Source: Eledone cirrhosa
Taxonomy: Eukaryota
DNA length: 64,000 nt
Assembly: GCA_964016885.1 (NCBI GenBank)
Contig: OZ024740.1
Location: 344,410,001-344,474,000, forward strand
Direction: 5' to 3'
Shown: one piece after another, positions 26,682 through 40,830 of the stretch
Layout of the letters: each line of letters opens with the position of its first letter
Numbering within the stretch: the first letter of the stretch is position 1
Notes under the pieces: model-generated
What the model saw: the letters and a program-made list of their open reading frames with translations, nothing else
Told to the model about the DNA's origin: nothing
Database searches by the model: none
Translations under genes and position numbers: made by a program

Positions 26682-27049
26682 GCATATATATATGTATATA
26701 TATATATATATCTTTCCGCCCTCCCCGCTCGGACCCCCTGTCTCCTTCTCCCCTCTCCCAAAACCTATCCACCCACACCATCCCTACACGCCTCACACCA
26801 TTTCACCACTTGTTTCATTTTAATTTTTTTACCCTCTTTTTAATTTTTCTCCTTCCCCTTAATCGCCCCCCCCTTAATGTATTTCCACCACTCCCCCTCA
26901 CACGCTCCGAACTCTTTCCTTTCCTTCCCACTTTTCTCCTGATGAAGCTTATGCCCGAAAGGTCGTCCCCCACCCTCACTCTCAAGCGTGAAACTAATAC
27001 TAACACTTTATACTGCATTCTTCGTTATTGTTTTTCTCTTTTGTTTTAA

Positions 27050-27144
<95 letters not shown>

Positions 27145-27360
27145 GAAAGTATGGCCCCGACGGCAGAGCTCAAGCCGTTTCAACGGCTATTTCTGGACTC
27201 CAGAAATAGCCGTCGAAACGGCTTGAGCTCTGCAGTCAGGGTCATACTTTCTCCTATTACCCACTCTACTACCCTAAGTATTGAGTTGTCTGGTGCATTA
27301 TGGTCCATCTGGTTCCTTACCACAACTCCTTCGTTATATATATATATATATATATATATA

Positions 27361-28250
27361 TTTCGTTTCTGAATTTGTTTAGCAAGATTCTTTATCTGAA
27401 AACGTGTGTTGAAACCGATATTGTTATACTTTTGGAGGGTCATGTTGCCAATAAGAAACACACGCAATGTATAGATAAGAAATGTATAATCTGTAAATTA
27501 AGCCCCCATATTAACTGTAAAACTAGAAATTTAGTATATAGCATAAGATGTACTGAAGGACAATGTAGAGATAAGAATATAGTGTACATAGGTGAGACAG
27601 CTCGTAGTATAGGGGAACGGATAAATGAACACTGGCGAGAGCTTCAAGATAGTAAAGAATCATCTGTACTCCAACAAGATGCTAAAATAGAACATAAGGG
27701 TAAATTAGAGAACATAGAAATAAAAATAGAATCTACACACAGAAAAGACGCAATGTTTAGACAAATCACAGAGGCAATAAACATAAATGAACTCCAACCA
27801 AAATTAAATAGAAAACATGAATGGAACAGCAACATCACAACTTACAATTAAGGACAAAATGAAAACACACACACACAAAGAACAAACAACCAACCAGTAA
27901 CATGTAAATAGACAAATAAATAAACAAATATAAACACACACAGAAACCCGGATGTAACACATGCGCAAACTAAGCACACAAAACACACAAAAACAAGATG
28001 GCGTAGGACAGAACAGAGGAGAGGCACAAAAAACAAAGAAAAGAATCCCCAGTCACTGAAGAGGTCACAGAATGTGTGACGAAAGAACTTTGACAATATA
28101 TGAACAATCATCTGGTTGTGGAACCAACCAACCAACCGGAAATTTATAAATTCCTAAATTTATAAATTTAATTTATAATAAATTGAAATGAATGCACCCG
28201 GTGCGTGTGTTTCTTATTGGCAACATGACCCTCCCAAAGTATAACAATAT
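27361..28250 (+). mobile_element. 5'-truncated PLE: GIY-YIG end, pLTR with HHR, 5' inverted piece
   Basis: CKTRNLVYSIRC...YIGETARSIGERINEH...EAININELQPKLN (about 27467-27851); 27420-27465 is the reverse complement of 28202-28250. Confidence 0.9.
28052..28094 (+). ncRNA. Minimal type I hammerhead ribozyme in PLE pLTR
   Basis: GTCA-CTGAAGA-G-GTCACA gaatg TGTGAC-GAAA-GAAC-TT-TGAC. Confidence 0.85.
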
Positions 28251-28564
28251 ATATATATAAATATATATATAACAAACTCATTATTCGAACACTGCTTAAT
28301 TCCACAATCTACCATCGTTTCCACTGCAACAATCCTACCATATACATCTCAAAACAGTTTTCACCCTCAGGATATATTCCTCCTATATCCATATTAGTCA
28401 TACGTTATCCTCTGAACAACCACACTTACGTAGATTAACATTCTGGTTTCTTCGTGTACTGGAGAACCTAAATACTCAGACAAGATTGCGCAATATATCT
28501 AGCTGTTCATCTAACTCGATAGCTTTTTCAGCTGATAATTATGTATGTATATATATATATATAT

Positions 28565-29155
28565 ATATAAATGAAAATTAGAGTTAATAACTCTTATTGA
28601 AACCCTGTAATTATTAAGCTCCAAGTATAAAATACTGAGCATTATAATAATAATATATATGCAGTAAGAAACACAGTAAACCGTGTGTCTAATATTACAA
28701 GAGTTGAAAGACCATATTTGTTTGAAATATTTAACCATGAAGCAGAGAGAATGATAAAATAAAATCATATTATACAAACCGCCTCAATAACAATTATATC
28801 TCTCGGACAGATTATCCCTAATCTGTTTCGCCCTGAGTGTGTTTGCAACAGATAATCATGGGCATCATCAGCGAGAGAATCTGATTAAATGCGACAAACA
28901 CTATGTACCAACGTTCACACAGAAAGATGAATTTATCACCTCGTGCGCCGCAAGTCAAACGTGGTAAGCGTGTATTGGTTAGAAACAACAGTCCAACACA
29001 CGCAACTTAATAAGCTCACCTCATGAGGGAGCCGAAATATAAATGAAAATTAGAGTTAATAACTCTTATTGAAACCCTGTAATTATTAAGCTCCAAGTAT
29101 AAAATACTGAGCACGAGGTGATAAATTCATCTCTCTGTGTGAACGTTGGTACTGC
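28565..29155 (-). mobile_element. Non-coding HHR monomer, family E (about 471 bp plus partial repeat plus 5' inverted piece)
   Basis: 28570-28642 repeated at 29041-29113; 29111-29152 is the reverse complement of 28905-28946. Confidence 0.85.
28799..28878 (-). ncRNA. Canonical type I hammerhead ribozyme
   Basis: TCTCTCG-CTGATGA-T-GCCC[26 nt]GGGC-GAAA-CAGATTA ggga TAATCTG-TC-CGAGAGA. Confidence 0.95.
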
Positions 29156-29163
29156 ATATATAT

Positions 29164-29267
<104 letters not shown>

Positions 29268-29699
29268 TGTGTATATATATATAAATATAATTTCAGCGAG
29301 ATCGTATTTCGGCGGCGGCCAAAACAAAGTGAAACGCAATTTTCGAGATATGCCGGCAAGCGCTCAGTGGACTTGGCAGATACCAGGGCAATTAACATAC
29401 GTTATAAGGGCCAGACACATTATAAAAATAGCTGTGAAGTGACAGGCCAGGCAGCTGAAAAAACGAACTAGCTAAACAGGTTAACAAAAAATTAACTGGA
29501 CCTTCCTGGAACGTGGTGGTAAAATCCAGTGGGAGGTTTCTGTGACATCTAAATCAAGTATACTGTCTGGTTTCGTTGTCAGCTTTTGGTATAATGATCG
29601 ATCAAGGTAGAAACTTTGTCAACAGTCTTTTGCTCTCAACCGCCTACCGGGTTCAAATGAAGCATTAGTAAAAACCACTGCCTCACTATATATCATCAT

Positions 29700-30037
29700 C
29701 ATCATATTCATTTCATTTTACGTCCGCTTTTCCCTGCTTGCAAGGGTGGGACGGGAACAGATTCTGGGTTTATTTCTACAGCTGGATGCCCTTCCTAACA
29801 ACAACCGCATTTACAGTGAGTGCTGGGTGCTTTTTTGCCGTGGCACCTCCACGACCACTTTGCAGTGGAATGATAGGGACCCCAGTCCCTATCATCTCAT
29901 TGCTACAGCTGAGGAAACTGGAGCAATGTGAAATAAAGTGTCTTGCTCAAGGAAACAACACATCACCCGGTCTGAGAATTGAATTCACAACCTTTCGATT
30001 GCAAGGCCAATGCTCTAAACAATAAGCCATGTGCCTC
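29700..30037 (-). mobile_element. tRNA-derived SINE (second family)
   Basis: Minus-strand head TGGCTTATTGTTTAGAGC...GAATTCAATTC, then TCCTTGAGCAAGACACTTTATTTCAC; (ATG)n-like tail. Confidence 0.7.
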
Positions 30038-30206
30038 TATATATATTAGAATTGGTGCTCTAAAATACCGATATATATGTGAATGTATATATAGTGTATT
30101 TTGCAATACACTGTATTCTTAATTAAAAGCTTTTTGAAGACCTTACGCTATTGTTTTAAAGTAGTGACTATGTCACTTACTTCTTTTTTAAACAAACAAA
30201 GGGAGA

Positions 30207-30254
30207 TAAGCTGACAGATCTCCGTTTCATACTGTTGGAATTCCTCAGAGCTTA
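30207..30254 (-). ncRNA. Type I hammerhead ribozyme (family C)
   Basis: TAAGCT-CTGAGGA-ATTC caaca GTAT-GAAA-CGGA ga TCTG-TC-AGCTTA; stem I extended by CAAACAAAGGGAG/CTCCCTTTGTTTG. Confidence 0.85.
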
Positions 30255-30736
30255 GCACTCCCTTTGTTTGTTGAAAATTATTAATCTTGTATTCTTATAG
30301 AATTCCAGTAATAATCAGGAACTGATTAATACAGAGCTGTTGCCGGTCCAGCAAAAATTGAGAGTTAGAATTGGTGCTCTGAAATTGCGATATTTATATG
30401 AATATATATATAGTGTATTTTGCAATATACTGTATGCTTAATTAAAAGCATTTTGAAGACATTACGCTATTGTTTTAAAGTAGTGACTATGTCACTTACT
30501 TCTTTTTTCAACAAAGTAAGTGACATCGTCACTACTTTAAAACAATAGCGTAAGGTTTTCAAAATGTTTTTAATTAAGCATACAGTGTATTCATATATAT
30601 ATTGCTATTTCAGAGCACCAATTCTAATTTTCAATTTTTGCTGGATCGGCAACCCGTCTGTATAATCAATTCCTGATTATTATTGGAATTCTATAAGAAT
30701 CCAACATTAATAATTTTCAACAAACAAAGGGAGTGC

Positions 30737-30784
30737 TAAGATCTGAGGAATACCAACACTATGAAACAGAGATCAGTCAGCTTA
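30737..30784 (+). ncRNA. Type I hammerhead ribozyme (family C, inverted arm, mismatched)
   Basis: CTGAGGA-ATAC caaca CTAT-GAAA-CAGA ga TCAG-TC. Confidence 0.7.
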
Positions 30785-30907
30785 TCTCCCTTTGTTTGTT
30801 GAAAAAAAAAGTAAGTGACACAGTCACTACTTTAAAACAATAGCGTATGGTCTTCAAAATGCTTTTAATGAAGCATACAGTGTATTGAAAAATACAGTAT
30901 ATATAAA

Positions 30908-30989
<82 letters not shown>

Positions 30990-30993
<4 letters not shown>

Positions 30994-31355
30994 TATGTAT
31001 GTATACGTACATACATATATGTATACAGACGTACAGTAGTATGTATATATATACATTCATGCACACATATATGCACGTATCGGTTTACCGAACATTTATT
31101 ATAATGTTCGGTTTGTTTGTTTGTAAACAAACAAACAGCCCGAATTACGCCGTACAGTGTTTAGGCAACCACGTCACCTTTTTGTTCAACACTGACACAG
31201 GAACGATGTACTAGTTTCAAGCTTATTAGCTATCGTCAGCATCGTATACCTTCCTGCCAGATGGTTGAACGTCTGAAAGTATATACTTTCCTTATGCATA
31301 TTAACGGCTGAGCAGCCTAATTTGCATATCGAGTGAGTTCAGCCGGCCGACTGAC
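30990..31355 (-). mobile_element. Family A HHR monomer (second subfamily)
   Basis: Homologous to 20277-20665; octamer at 31320. Confidence 0.88.
31203..31245 (-). ncRNA. Minimal type I hammerhead ribozyme (family A, subfamily 2)
   Basis: ACGATG-CTGACGA-T-AGCT aata AGCT-T-GAAA-CTAG-TA-CATCGT. Confidence 0.9.
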
Positions 31356-31900
31356 GTGTTTCGATTTCTGAAGAAAGTGACTAGGCGATTGGTCTTCCAC
31401 ACACACATACACAAACACACACACACATATACAAACACACACACACAGATAGACACACACACGCACATATATATATATAAACACACTAACACACATATCT
31501 ATACGTATATATCAGAATGACTTCCGCTTTTCCCAGTAGATATCAGATGACATGGTATATTTCATTGGAATAATGTCTTCAGAGTTTGCTTCATTTTCTT
31601 CGACAGGGTTGTTGGGTCAATTCTTCTGATATCCAACAGAGAAACTCTCTTAGCACAGCCACCACTTCTGACGCTTCTGGCGACTGTCTATGGGTGGCCA
31701 TTTCGCTACTCCGAATCAAATGACGTAGATTAGTTATCAAGCCACCAACTTAGAAGTGTACTCGTAAGATGACACCTTTCAGAGCAACAGACTGAGGTTA
31801 AATAGGTAGATAAACATTAGCACTTTTGAGAGAATGTATATCTCTATATTATGTATGTATGTATTATGTATGTATGTATGTATGTATGTATGTATGTATG

Positions 31901-31934
<34 letters not shown>

Positions 31935-32115
31935 TGTATGTACGTATGTATGTTTCTATGTATGAATGCATGTATGTATATATGTGCATGTATATATACG
32001 TATGTGTGTATGTGCGTATATACATGCGTATTTCTAAATAATTGTGAGTGCGCGTGTTCATACACCATTACAAAACAGACAGAGAAATGAAAGTGACTAA
32101 CATGGCGCGACATAT

Positions 32116-32158
<43 letters not shown>

Positions 32159-32159
32159 T

Positions 32160-32201
<42 letters not shown>

Positions 32202-32609
32202 GGAGGGAGAGGCAGACACATAGAGAGAAAGGATAAAGTGGTTGCTTGTGGTAATATATGAAAATATGTTCCAATATTAATACATTATTTTAATAGAGCC
32301 GTTTTATCTGTGTTGCTTTTTGTTTAGATCCACGTTAATTCAATTCAAACTGATATAATATGTTAAGTCTTATAAACTTGTATAAGCATTCCATATCCTG
32401 TCTCAAATTCAACTTTCATTCTATTGTATCTCGACTTCCATTGTACTCATATTAAATCCATCCACACACGCGCGCGCAAACATAACATCCTTTTCTATAT
32501 TCTGCTCAAATTACTACACAAATCCAACACTCACCATTCGCAAACCCGCGGATATCACCATATCAGCATTACGACCCAATCCCCCCCCCCCACACACACA
32601 CCTTCAAGA

Positions 32610-33890
32610 TGATAATCGGTGCCTTAGCCAGAAAAATGACAAAACGCAGTCACCAAATGCCTGCTCTAACTCCCATCCCAGCAGGGACCAACTTGCGGCA
32701 TATGTGCTACGAACAACAGGCGGAATAGAGGCCGGAACCTTTGTGGGTGCGGTTGCTTCCAACATCTCTCTTGTCTGACACGTCGAGCCCCGAGTGCGCT
32801 CTTAAACGTGGCGATGCAGCAACTGCCTCTTCCATACGGCTGCCCAGACGCATCATCCACCACACTAGCAGAGGTGACAGCGTACTTGCCCGACGTCCAA
32901 TCCTCAGTGGTCAACATTGCTCAAGCGGATTAGGAAAATTCAACCAACAGCATCTTCAATTAGAAAAGCCCTGGAATCCGATCGACACAGTGATTTTGAA
33001 CGACAGTTTTATTTCAATCCACTCACCCTCGGTCTCCTTAGCGCTGGTGCCGATCGAGGTGGCTTGTGGCAACTTCGCTAGTCGTTGCCAATATTTTGAC
33101 CTTCGGACCGGGTCTCATACCCAGTGTGTCTGAGCAGGCTATACTTCACTCATTCATGCACTCGCAGTCCTCCAAACCTGATGCCAGTTCAAAGCGCAAA
33201 GATGTAAAGACAAAACTTAACGAGGGCGTGTAGTCACCGCTGTCGACACCATCTACTATCCCACCGAGAAACACTTGGACCTCGATATATGTCAAATTGT
33301 CAGTCTGTTCTGGTGGAATTTTAATACGTCGAACAGCTGCTATCACGTGTATGACGTATCCGGCCAGTCGCAGAGTATTTTGTGATGATTGCTTCGTTAT
33401 TTACGTTGGAAGGGGAGAAAGCAATGTCTGCAGGGTTAAGGCTTTTGGTGTTGTGAGGGAGATGATTTTGAAAGGTCTGAAATAGATACTTTTCTCTTTG
33501 GTTAAGACTGCATCACTTTGTCAAGTTTCTCTAGAAAAGTAAGTATAGATTACAGTAGAAAGTGTTGACTTCCTGTAAATTTGCTGAAACGCGAATGAGA
33601 GTTACAAGCATTGTACATGTGAACGTGCCTTCTCGGTGTATGCCCTTGTAGATTGGAAGAGGAAAACTAGGAGATAGCACTTGCATTAGTGATCAAGGTA
33701 ACCTTGGCTTTTTGTGGGTAATGTTTCCCGAGTATCTCTTCGAAGTCCGCCCCACCCATTGGAGAAGTTTGTTTGAATTGAATTCTACTTTTACCACGTT
33801 TATTCTTGTCACAAGAAGTTGATTGAAATCAGGGCATTTTGAGAGAGTTTTAAATATTTGAGCAATGAATCAGTGTCACAACACCCGCAA
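32610..33890 (-). mobile_element. Probable decayed LINE fragment
   Basis: GC-richer, non-microsatellite block with broken frames; no diagnostic motif read with certainty. Confidence 0.3.
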
Positions 33891-34715
33891 TATAGAAAAA
33901 CAATACAAATTCTCAGGCCTAACCTAAAGAAACCAATGTGTAAATGATTTTGACACGAATAGCAACAACAGCAACAACAACAACAACAACAACAGTAGCA
34001 GTAGTATTATTTGCAGTAGTAGTCAGGCACCTCAATTCAGAAGTTTTAATTGTTTCAAGACTTTTAAGATTGATTGAGCTCATGATGTCGTTAAATAGTT
34101 ATCATGTAGAGGATGGGTAACTAACTTCAGCCTATTAGTCCACACCGCCTTTCAAATTATTCTCGCAAGATTCTAATTGCGCATGAAATTCACAGGAGCA
34201 GTAAAGCTTGTTTTAAGTAGTTATTCATGTTTTTTTTTATCTCTTTCGAACTTTTTCTTTATACTTTTATTTTAGTTAATTTTATTTTGGAATGAATATT
34301 ACATTCAGAGTTGAGGACATTCCAATCGTACAGAAAAAAAAAAGTTTCAGTTATCGAGTAAGGGCAAGGGAATGAGAGAGAAAACGAGAGTGGAGAAAGA
34401 GGGGAAGGTATTAGGGGAAGGGATAGGAGAAAAAATAGAAGATGAGAGGGATGGAGAACGATGTAACATAAGAGAGAGATAGAGCAAGGCAAGATTGATT
34501 GGGAATAAAAAAAATAGAGAAAAGGTGGTTCAGAGCAGAAACGTTAAGGATTATGAGAAAGTGGAACTGTGAGATTAAACTAAATACGAAAAAAGAGAAA
34601 TTGATAAAAAAAGCATATATATATATATGCTTTTTTAGATAAATATACACGGGTCTGTATGATTATTATATAGAGATAAATATACACGGGTGTGTATGAT
34701 TCTGTATAGAAGATT

Positions 34716-35129
<414 letters not shown>

Positions 35130-35363
35130 GAGAGAGAAGGACAGAGAGAGAGAGAGAGTAAGAAAGAAGAAAGATGGGTAAATAAATGCAGAAGGGGAGA
35201 AATAGAGAAATGAAGCTGTAAAGGTGTTTGTAGAAAGGAATCAGTGAGAGGATGAAGGAGCAGAGAAAAATATAGAGACAAAAAACAAAACAAACATATA
35301 TATTCATATAAACAAATACATACACACACATCTATATCTATATCAATGTCTATATCTATATCT

Positions 35364-35426
<63 letters not shown>

Positions 35427-35440
35427 CCTCTCTCTCTCTC

Positions 35441-35820
<380 letters not shown>

Positions 35821-35859
35821 AGTTGATTTTTAATTTTTAGAATTTTCTTATTTTACGTC

Positions 35860-35949
<90 letters not shown>

Positions 35950-36144
35950 GTTTATACGTAAATATATATATATATATATATATATATCCCAGGGTTCTTG
36001 ATGATTTCTCCAGAATTTCAGAGCACCAATTCTAATTTTCAATTTTTGGGGACCGGCAACCGCTCTGTATAATCAGTTCCTGATTATTACTGGAATTCTA
36101 TAAGAATCCAACATTCAAAATTTTTCAATAAACAAGGAGAGTGC

Positions 36145-36190
36145 TAAGCTCCGAAGAATACCAACAGTATGAAACAGATCTGTCAGATTA
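36145..36190 (+). ncRNA. Type I hammerhead (family C, CCGAAGA core)
   Basis: TAAGCT-CCGAAGA-ATAC caaca GTAT-GAAA-CAGATCTG-TC-AGATTA. Confidence 0.7.
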
Positions 36191-36451
36191 TATCCCTTTG
36201 TTTGTTGAAAAAAGAAGTAAGTGACATAGTCACTACTTGAAAACAATAGCGTAAGGTCTTCAAAATGCTTTTAATGAAGCATATAGTGTATTACCAAATA
36301 CACTATATATATACATTCATATATACATCGCTATTTCAGAGCACCAATTCTAATATATATATATATATATATAGGTACGTTATTCCGTATTGGATATGAG
36401 GTAACCACAGTAAGTAAGATACTCAATACATAGCAGAGTATAAATGTTTTA

Positions 36452-36506
36452 ATGAGATTCCTGATGATTTCTAAATAATGAAACAGTTCTAGTCCTGTAG
36501 AATCTC

Positions 36507-36508
<2 letters not shown>
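36452..36508 (+). ncRNA. Type I hammerhead ribozyme (family D)
   Basis: ATGAGATTC-CTGATGA-...-GAAA-CAG ttctagtc CTG-TA-GAATCTCAT; stem I differs from the 22276 copy but still pairs. Confidence 0.8.
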
Positions 36509-36559
<51 letters not shown>

Positions 36560-36821
36560 CGTATGTCGAATTATATCAATGAATAACTAAGCCAATCGAT
36601 AAATATACATCGGTGAAATCAAACCCGTATCCAGCGACTAAAAAGAAACATCAAAGCAGAAAACGAATGTAGATTCGATTGGCTAAAACGGAGAGTTAAA
36701 GCCGACTCCATGTCGTAGCTCTACCAACTTAATACCTATGGTTAGTGGGAGAATATCTACATGTATATTTCATGTCATAATACTGATCTATTCATGGGAG
36801 CAGCATCAGTTCTATACCTAT

Positions 36822-37150
36822 ATTGCATCTGCATGTAGAGCGTTAATGATTTCTATTATAGGCACAAGACCACCAATTGGGGAAGATCAGAGGGGAAGAC
36901 GATTAAATCGAGCCCGGTACATTACTGGTGCTTTATTTTATCCATCCCGTAAGGATAAGAGGCAAAGCTAACCTCGGCGGTATTTGAACTCCGAACTCGG
37001 GCGAAGGTCAGTTTTGCCTTTCATCATTACGGGGTCGATAAAATAAGGCATCAGTAATGCACTCGGGTCGATTTAATCGACTACCCCTCTCTCCAAATCG
37101 CTGGACTTGTTCCTATAGTAGAAATCATTATTGCTCTACATATAGATGAA
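36822..37150. repeat. Head-to-head SINE palindrome including duplicated flank
   Basis: SINE on minus at 36845-36995 and on plus at 37000-37130; non-SINE flank is mirrored too. Confidence 0.75.
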
Positions 37151-37689
37151 ATTCAAGCCGTGTAGCAGAAACTTCATACTTTGGGTCAGAGGCATAATAT
37201 ATTTGTAGTTGTCTTCAAAAGTTTCTATTTTCTACACGAATATTGGCGTTTGCATTTTACTTTAGTTGAAACTTTATGCATTACTAATAGCACCTTTCTC
37301 ATTTTGTTCAATCTCAACTGGAATATACTTGATAGGTGCATCAGGGTATATTTTGAACTAGTGCATTAGAATATATATACATTTCTGTAAGTATAAAATG
37401 TTTTATGCATACAAATATATACAGAGAGAGAGAGAGAGGGGAGGGGGTATGGAGAAGGATTAAGTCGAGTAAATAGCTGAAACCCTCGTTGGAGGTACTC
37501 AAATCTAGAGAATCAAGAAGGAAGAGAATCCCTATATTATGAACTAATCCAATGTTTTGAGAACACTTTTAACAATGAAATTGTTCTCTATTCCGAATTG
37601 CCTCAATCGCTCGTCATACGATTTTATCTATCGTATATATATATATATAAACGTTTGAATATGTATAATAAAGCCAAAACAATGCAGGT

Positions 37690-38760
37690 ATGGACATAGA
37701 ATAAAGAATGCAAATGCAAAAGATATTGTTGACAATTAGTCTTTTACCTTAGATTTATTTAAATGTCCTTAATTTTCGAGATAATATCTCTTCTTCGGAG
37801 GGAAGTAAATGGTTAAACCAGTGTTCTAAATAGCTTCCCAAGTCATGCTGACAGGAAATGGTATAGAGTATCTGTTCTATCTCTAATGTCAAAGAGTTAA
37901 GGTTAGGTGGATAACGAGTAGTCTCCCTTTAAAAGGGTTTTTTTTGTACATGCCTGTTTAAGTGTGTGTGTGTGTGTGAGAGAGAGAGAATAAGTGGTAG
38001 TGTAAGCGTGTGTGTGTGTGCGCGTGTGTGTGGGGGGGGGGTGTAAATATGGGGCTAGAAGCTCTATCAAGTTATAAATTGGGTGTTGAGTTCTAGTCTA
38101 TTATTGATTGGTGGTTATGTTCTGTCTATAATTAGTGCTTCCTTAATGCTAAGATTGCCGAGGTTTCTTTCATTAGTTTCTATCCTAACTGTTATGGTTT
38201 TGTCGGTGTTTTTGCATTTAACTAGGTGTTTCTTAAATGAGGAAGCGTTAGTATTGAGGTGTTCTTTTATTCTTATGTGGAGTGGTCTTGTGGTGCTACC
38301 TACGTAGAAGTTGTTGCATTTGTCACACTCTAGTCTGTATACGACGTAAGCCTGGTGGCATAGGTCTGTGTCGTTGATGGGGCAGTTGGCTAGCCTGCAG
38401 CAGTTGTCATGTCTGGTGGAGTGTCTTTTGGTTAGCTGACCGCGTAGAGAAGAACCTGAGTGGGCCAGTTGGATATCTAGTCCCTCTCGTCTGATAACTC
38501 TGCGGATGGCTGTTGTTGTTTCGTCACTGAAGTGTGGGAGCTTCAGGAAGCAAGTGTTAGTGCCTCGGGTGTGGTGTCCTCTGTTCTTTCTGGCACGATT
38601 TGTGGTGGATGTCGTGTATCCGTTCAGTTTGAGTACTTCCAGGAAATGTGTGGTGTGTTTTTTGTTTTTCGAATCACACCCGTAAATTTTCCTGTTCATT
38701 ATTTGTTATCGTCTTACATGCATCTTAACAGCAGAGTGGTTCTCGCTTCTCTTGCGCAAA
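37690..38760 (-). mobile_element. 5'-truncated PLE (GIY-YIG end plus pLTR), related to the 24-5448 element
   Basis: ORF 38115-38699: CFLKLPHFS..REGLDIQLAHSG..YVVYRLECDKCNNFYVGSTTRPLHIRIKEH. Confidence 0.9.
37767..37801 (-). ncRNA. Minimal type I hammerhead (CCGAAGA core)
   Basis: CCT-CCGAAGA-A-GAGAT att ATCTC-GAAA-AT-TA-AGG. Confidence 0.65.
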
Positions 38761-38904
38761 CTGGCATTACAAATGCAATAGCACCTTAATGCAGGGCATT
38801 GCATGGCAGCAAGTTGGCGGATGACATAAGGACGCAGCTGATTGTTCCTCTTATCTAATTTCTGCTGATGCTATATATATATTTATATATATATATATAT
38901 ATAT

Positions 38905-40015
38905 ATGTATGCATACGTACATACATATATGTATACAGACGTACAGTAGTATGTATATATATATATATATATATATATACATGCACATATATATATATGC
39001 ACGTAACAGTTTACCGAACATTTATTATAATGCTCGGTTTGTTTGTTTGTAAACAAACAAACAGCCCGAATTACGCCATACAGTGTTTAGGCAACCACGT
39101 CACCATTTTTTGTTCAACACTGACACGGGAACGATGTGCTAGTTTCAAGCTTATTAGCTATCGTCAGCATCGTATACCTTCCTGCCAGATGGTTGAACGT
39201 CTGAAAGTATATACTTTCCTTATGCATAATAACGGCTGAGCAGCTAATTTGCATATCGAGTGAGTTCAGTCGGCTGACGCACCGAAAATGATAAATGGAA
39301 TAGAATGAAACGAAATTTCATTTCTCACTCTTAGTACGGCACTTACTCAAATGTAAGTATGCATGTATGTATACGTACATACATATATGTATACAGACGT
39401 ATAGTAGTATGTATATATATATATATACATACATGCACACATATATATATATATGCACGTATCGGTTTACCGAACATTTATTATAATGCTCGGTTTGTCC
39501 GTTTGTAAACAAACAAACAGCCCGAATTACGCTGTACAGTGTTTAGGCAACCACGTCCCCTTTTTTTTTTTTTTTGTTCAACACTGACACTGGAACGATG
39601 TACTAGTTTCTAGCTTATTAGCTGTCGTCAGCCGTTAATATGCATAAGGAAAGTATATACTTCCAGACGTTCAACCATCCGGCAGGAAGGTATACGATGC
39701 TGACGATAGGTCATAAGCTTGAAACTAGTATATCGATCCTGTGTCAGTGTTGAACAAAAAAGGTGACGTGGTTGCCTAAACACTCTACGGCGTAATTCGG
39801 GCTGTTTGTTTGTTTACAAACAAACAAACCGAGCATTATAATAAATGTTCGGTAAACCGATACGTGCATATATATATATATATGTGTGCATGTATGTATA
39901 TATATACATACTACTGTACGTCTGTATACATATATGTATGTACGTATACATACATACTTACATTTAAGTAAGTGCCGTACTAAGAGTGAGAAATGAAATT
40001 TCGTTTCATTCTATT
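38905..40015 (-). mobile_element. Family A HHR array: about 1.6 sense copies plus inverted arm; HHRs at 39131-39173 (-), 39595-39636 (-), 39694-39735 (+)
   Basis: Period about 460; inversion junction at TCAGC (about 39628-39632); cores CTGACGA...GAAACTAG. Confidence 0.88.
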
Positions 40016-40126
40016 CTATATATATATATATTATACAACAAAGAAATTGTGGTAGGAAACCATGTGGACCATAACGGACCAGAGTACTCGATACTTACGG
40101 CAGTAGAGTGGGCTCCTGACTCTTTT

Positions 40127-40241
<115 letters not shown>

Positions 40242-40289
40242 GTGCGTGTGTGCGTGTGTGCGTGTGTGCGTTTGTGTATGTGTGTCTAT

Positions 40290-40830
40290 TCAGTAAAACT
40301 ATACAATGATTGCTCTATTCGATAAGACGATAATGTCTATTTTGGGAGATTTGGTAATTCTTTCTAACAGAAAAAGTGGTCAGGTTGTCGTTCTCCCGGT
40401 GTCTCCATTGAATACACGTTCTTGTTAATGGTATAATATTTTGTTGAATAAGCTAAATCATTTTATGTAGCCAATGAGAAAATATGGGCCTAGAAATGCC
40501 GATTGTGCCTGAGAAATTGATCGTCTTGTACTTAAAAGGGTAACATTTTCCTTTTTCCTAGAAACTGCAAAGATTTTAATAATGGTTGTGATATATAATT
40601 CGTATTCTATTGTAAAACTATTAGAACCCATGTTGTTTGCTCTCTTACATTGTCCTTTTGTGTACAGTATTATCCTAGGTTGATTTATAAGTCTATTACT
40701 AACTTATGAAAATAATTATTGTTGTCAATACCTATTGAATTTGAGAATCTCTTTTAATACAATTTTGGAAGGGCATACATTTATATGGTTAATTCACTAA
40801 GGGAAGTTATAAATGTTTTAAATTCTTTCG
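40290..40830 (-). mobile_element. Highly decayed PLE-like RT fragment
   Basis: MYALPKLY (cf. YGLPKLHK) and downstream remnants; many stops. Confidence 0.35.

Larger units (their letters stand above)
30044..30912 (-). mobile_element. Non-coding HHR monomer, family C (about 319 bp): about 1.5 sense copies plus an inverted arm
   Basis: 30047 repeats at 30366; 30514-30912 is inverted; another copy at 36015-36353. Confidence 0.88.

Noticed and set aside
26935-26970. CTGATGA...GAAAGGTC hammerhead-like string
   Set aside because: No stem I partner and poor stem II; at most a decayed remnant.
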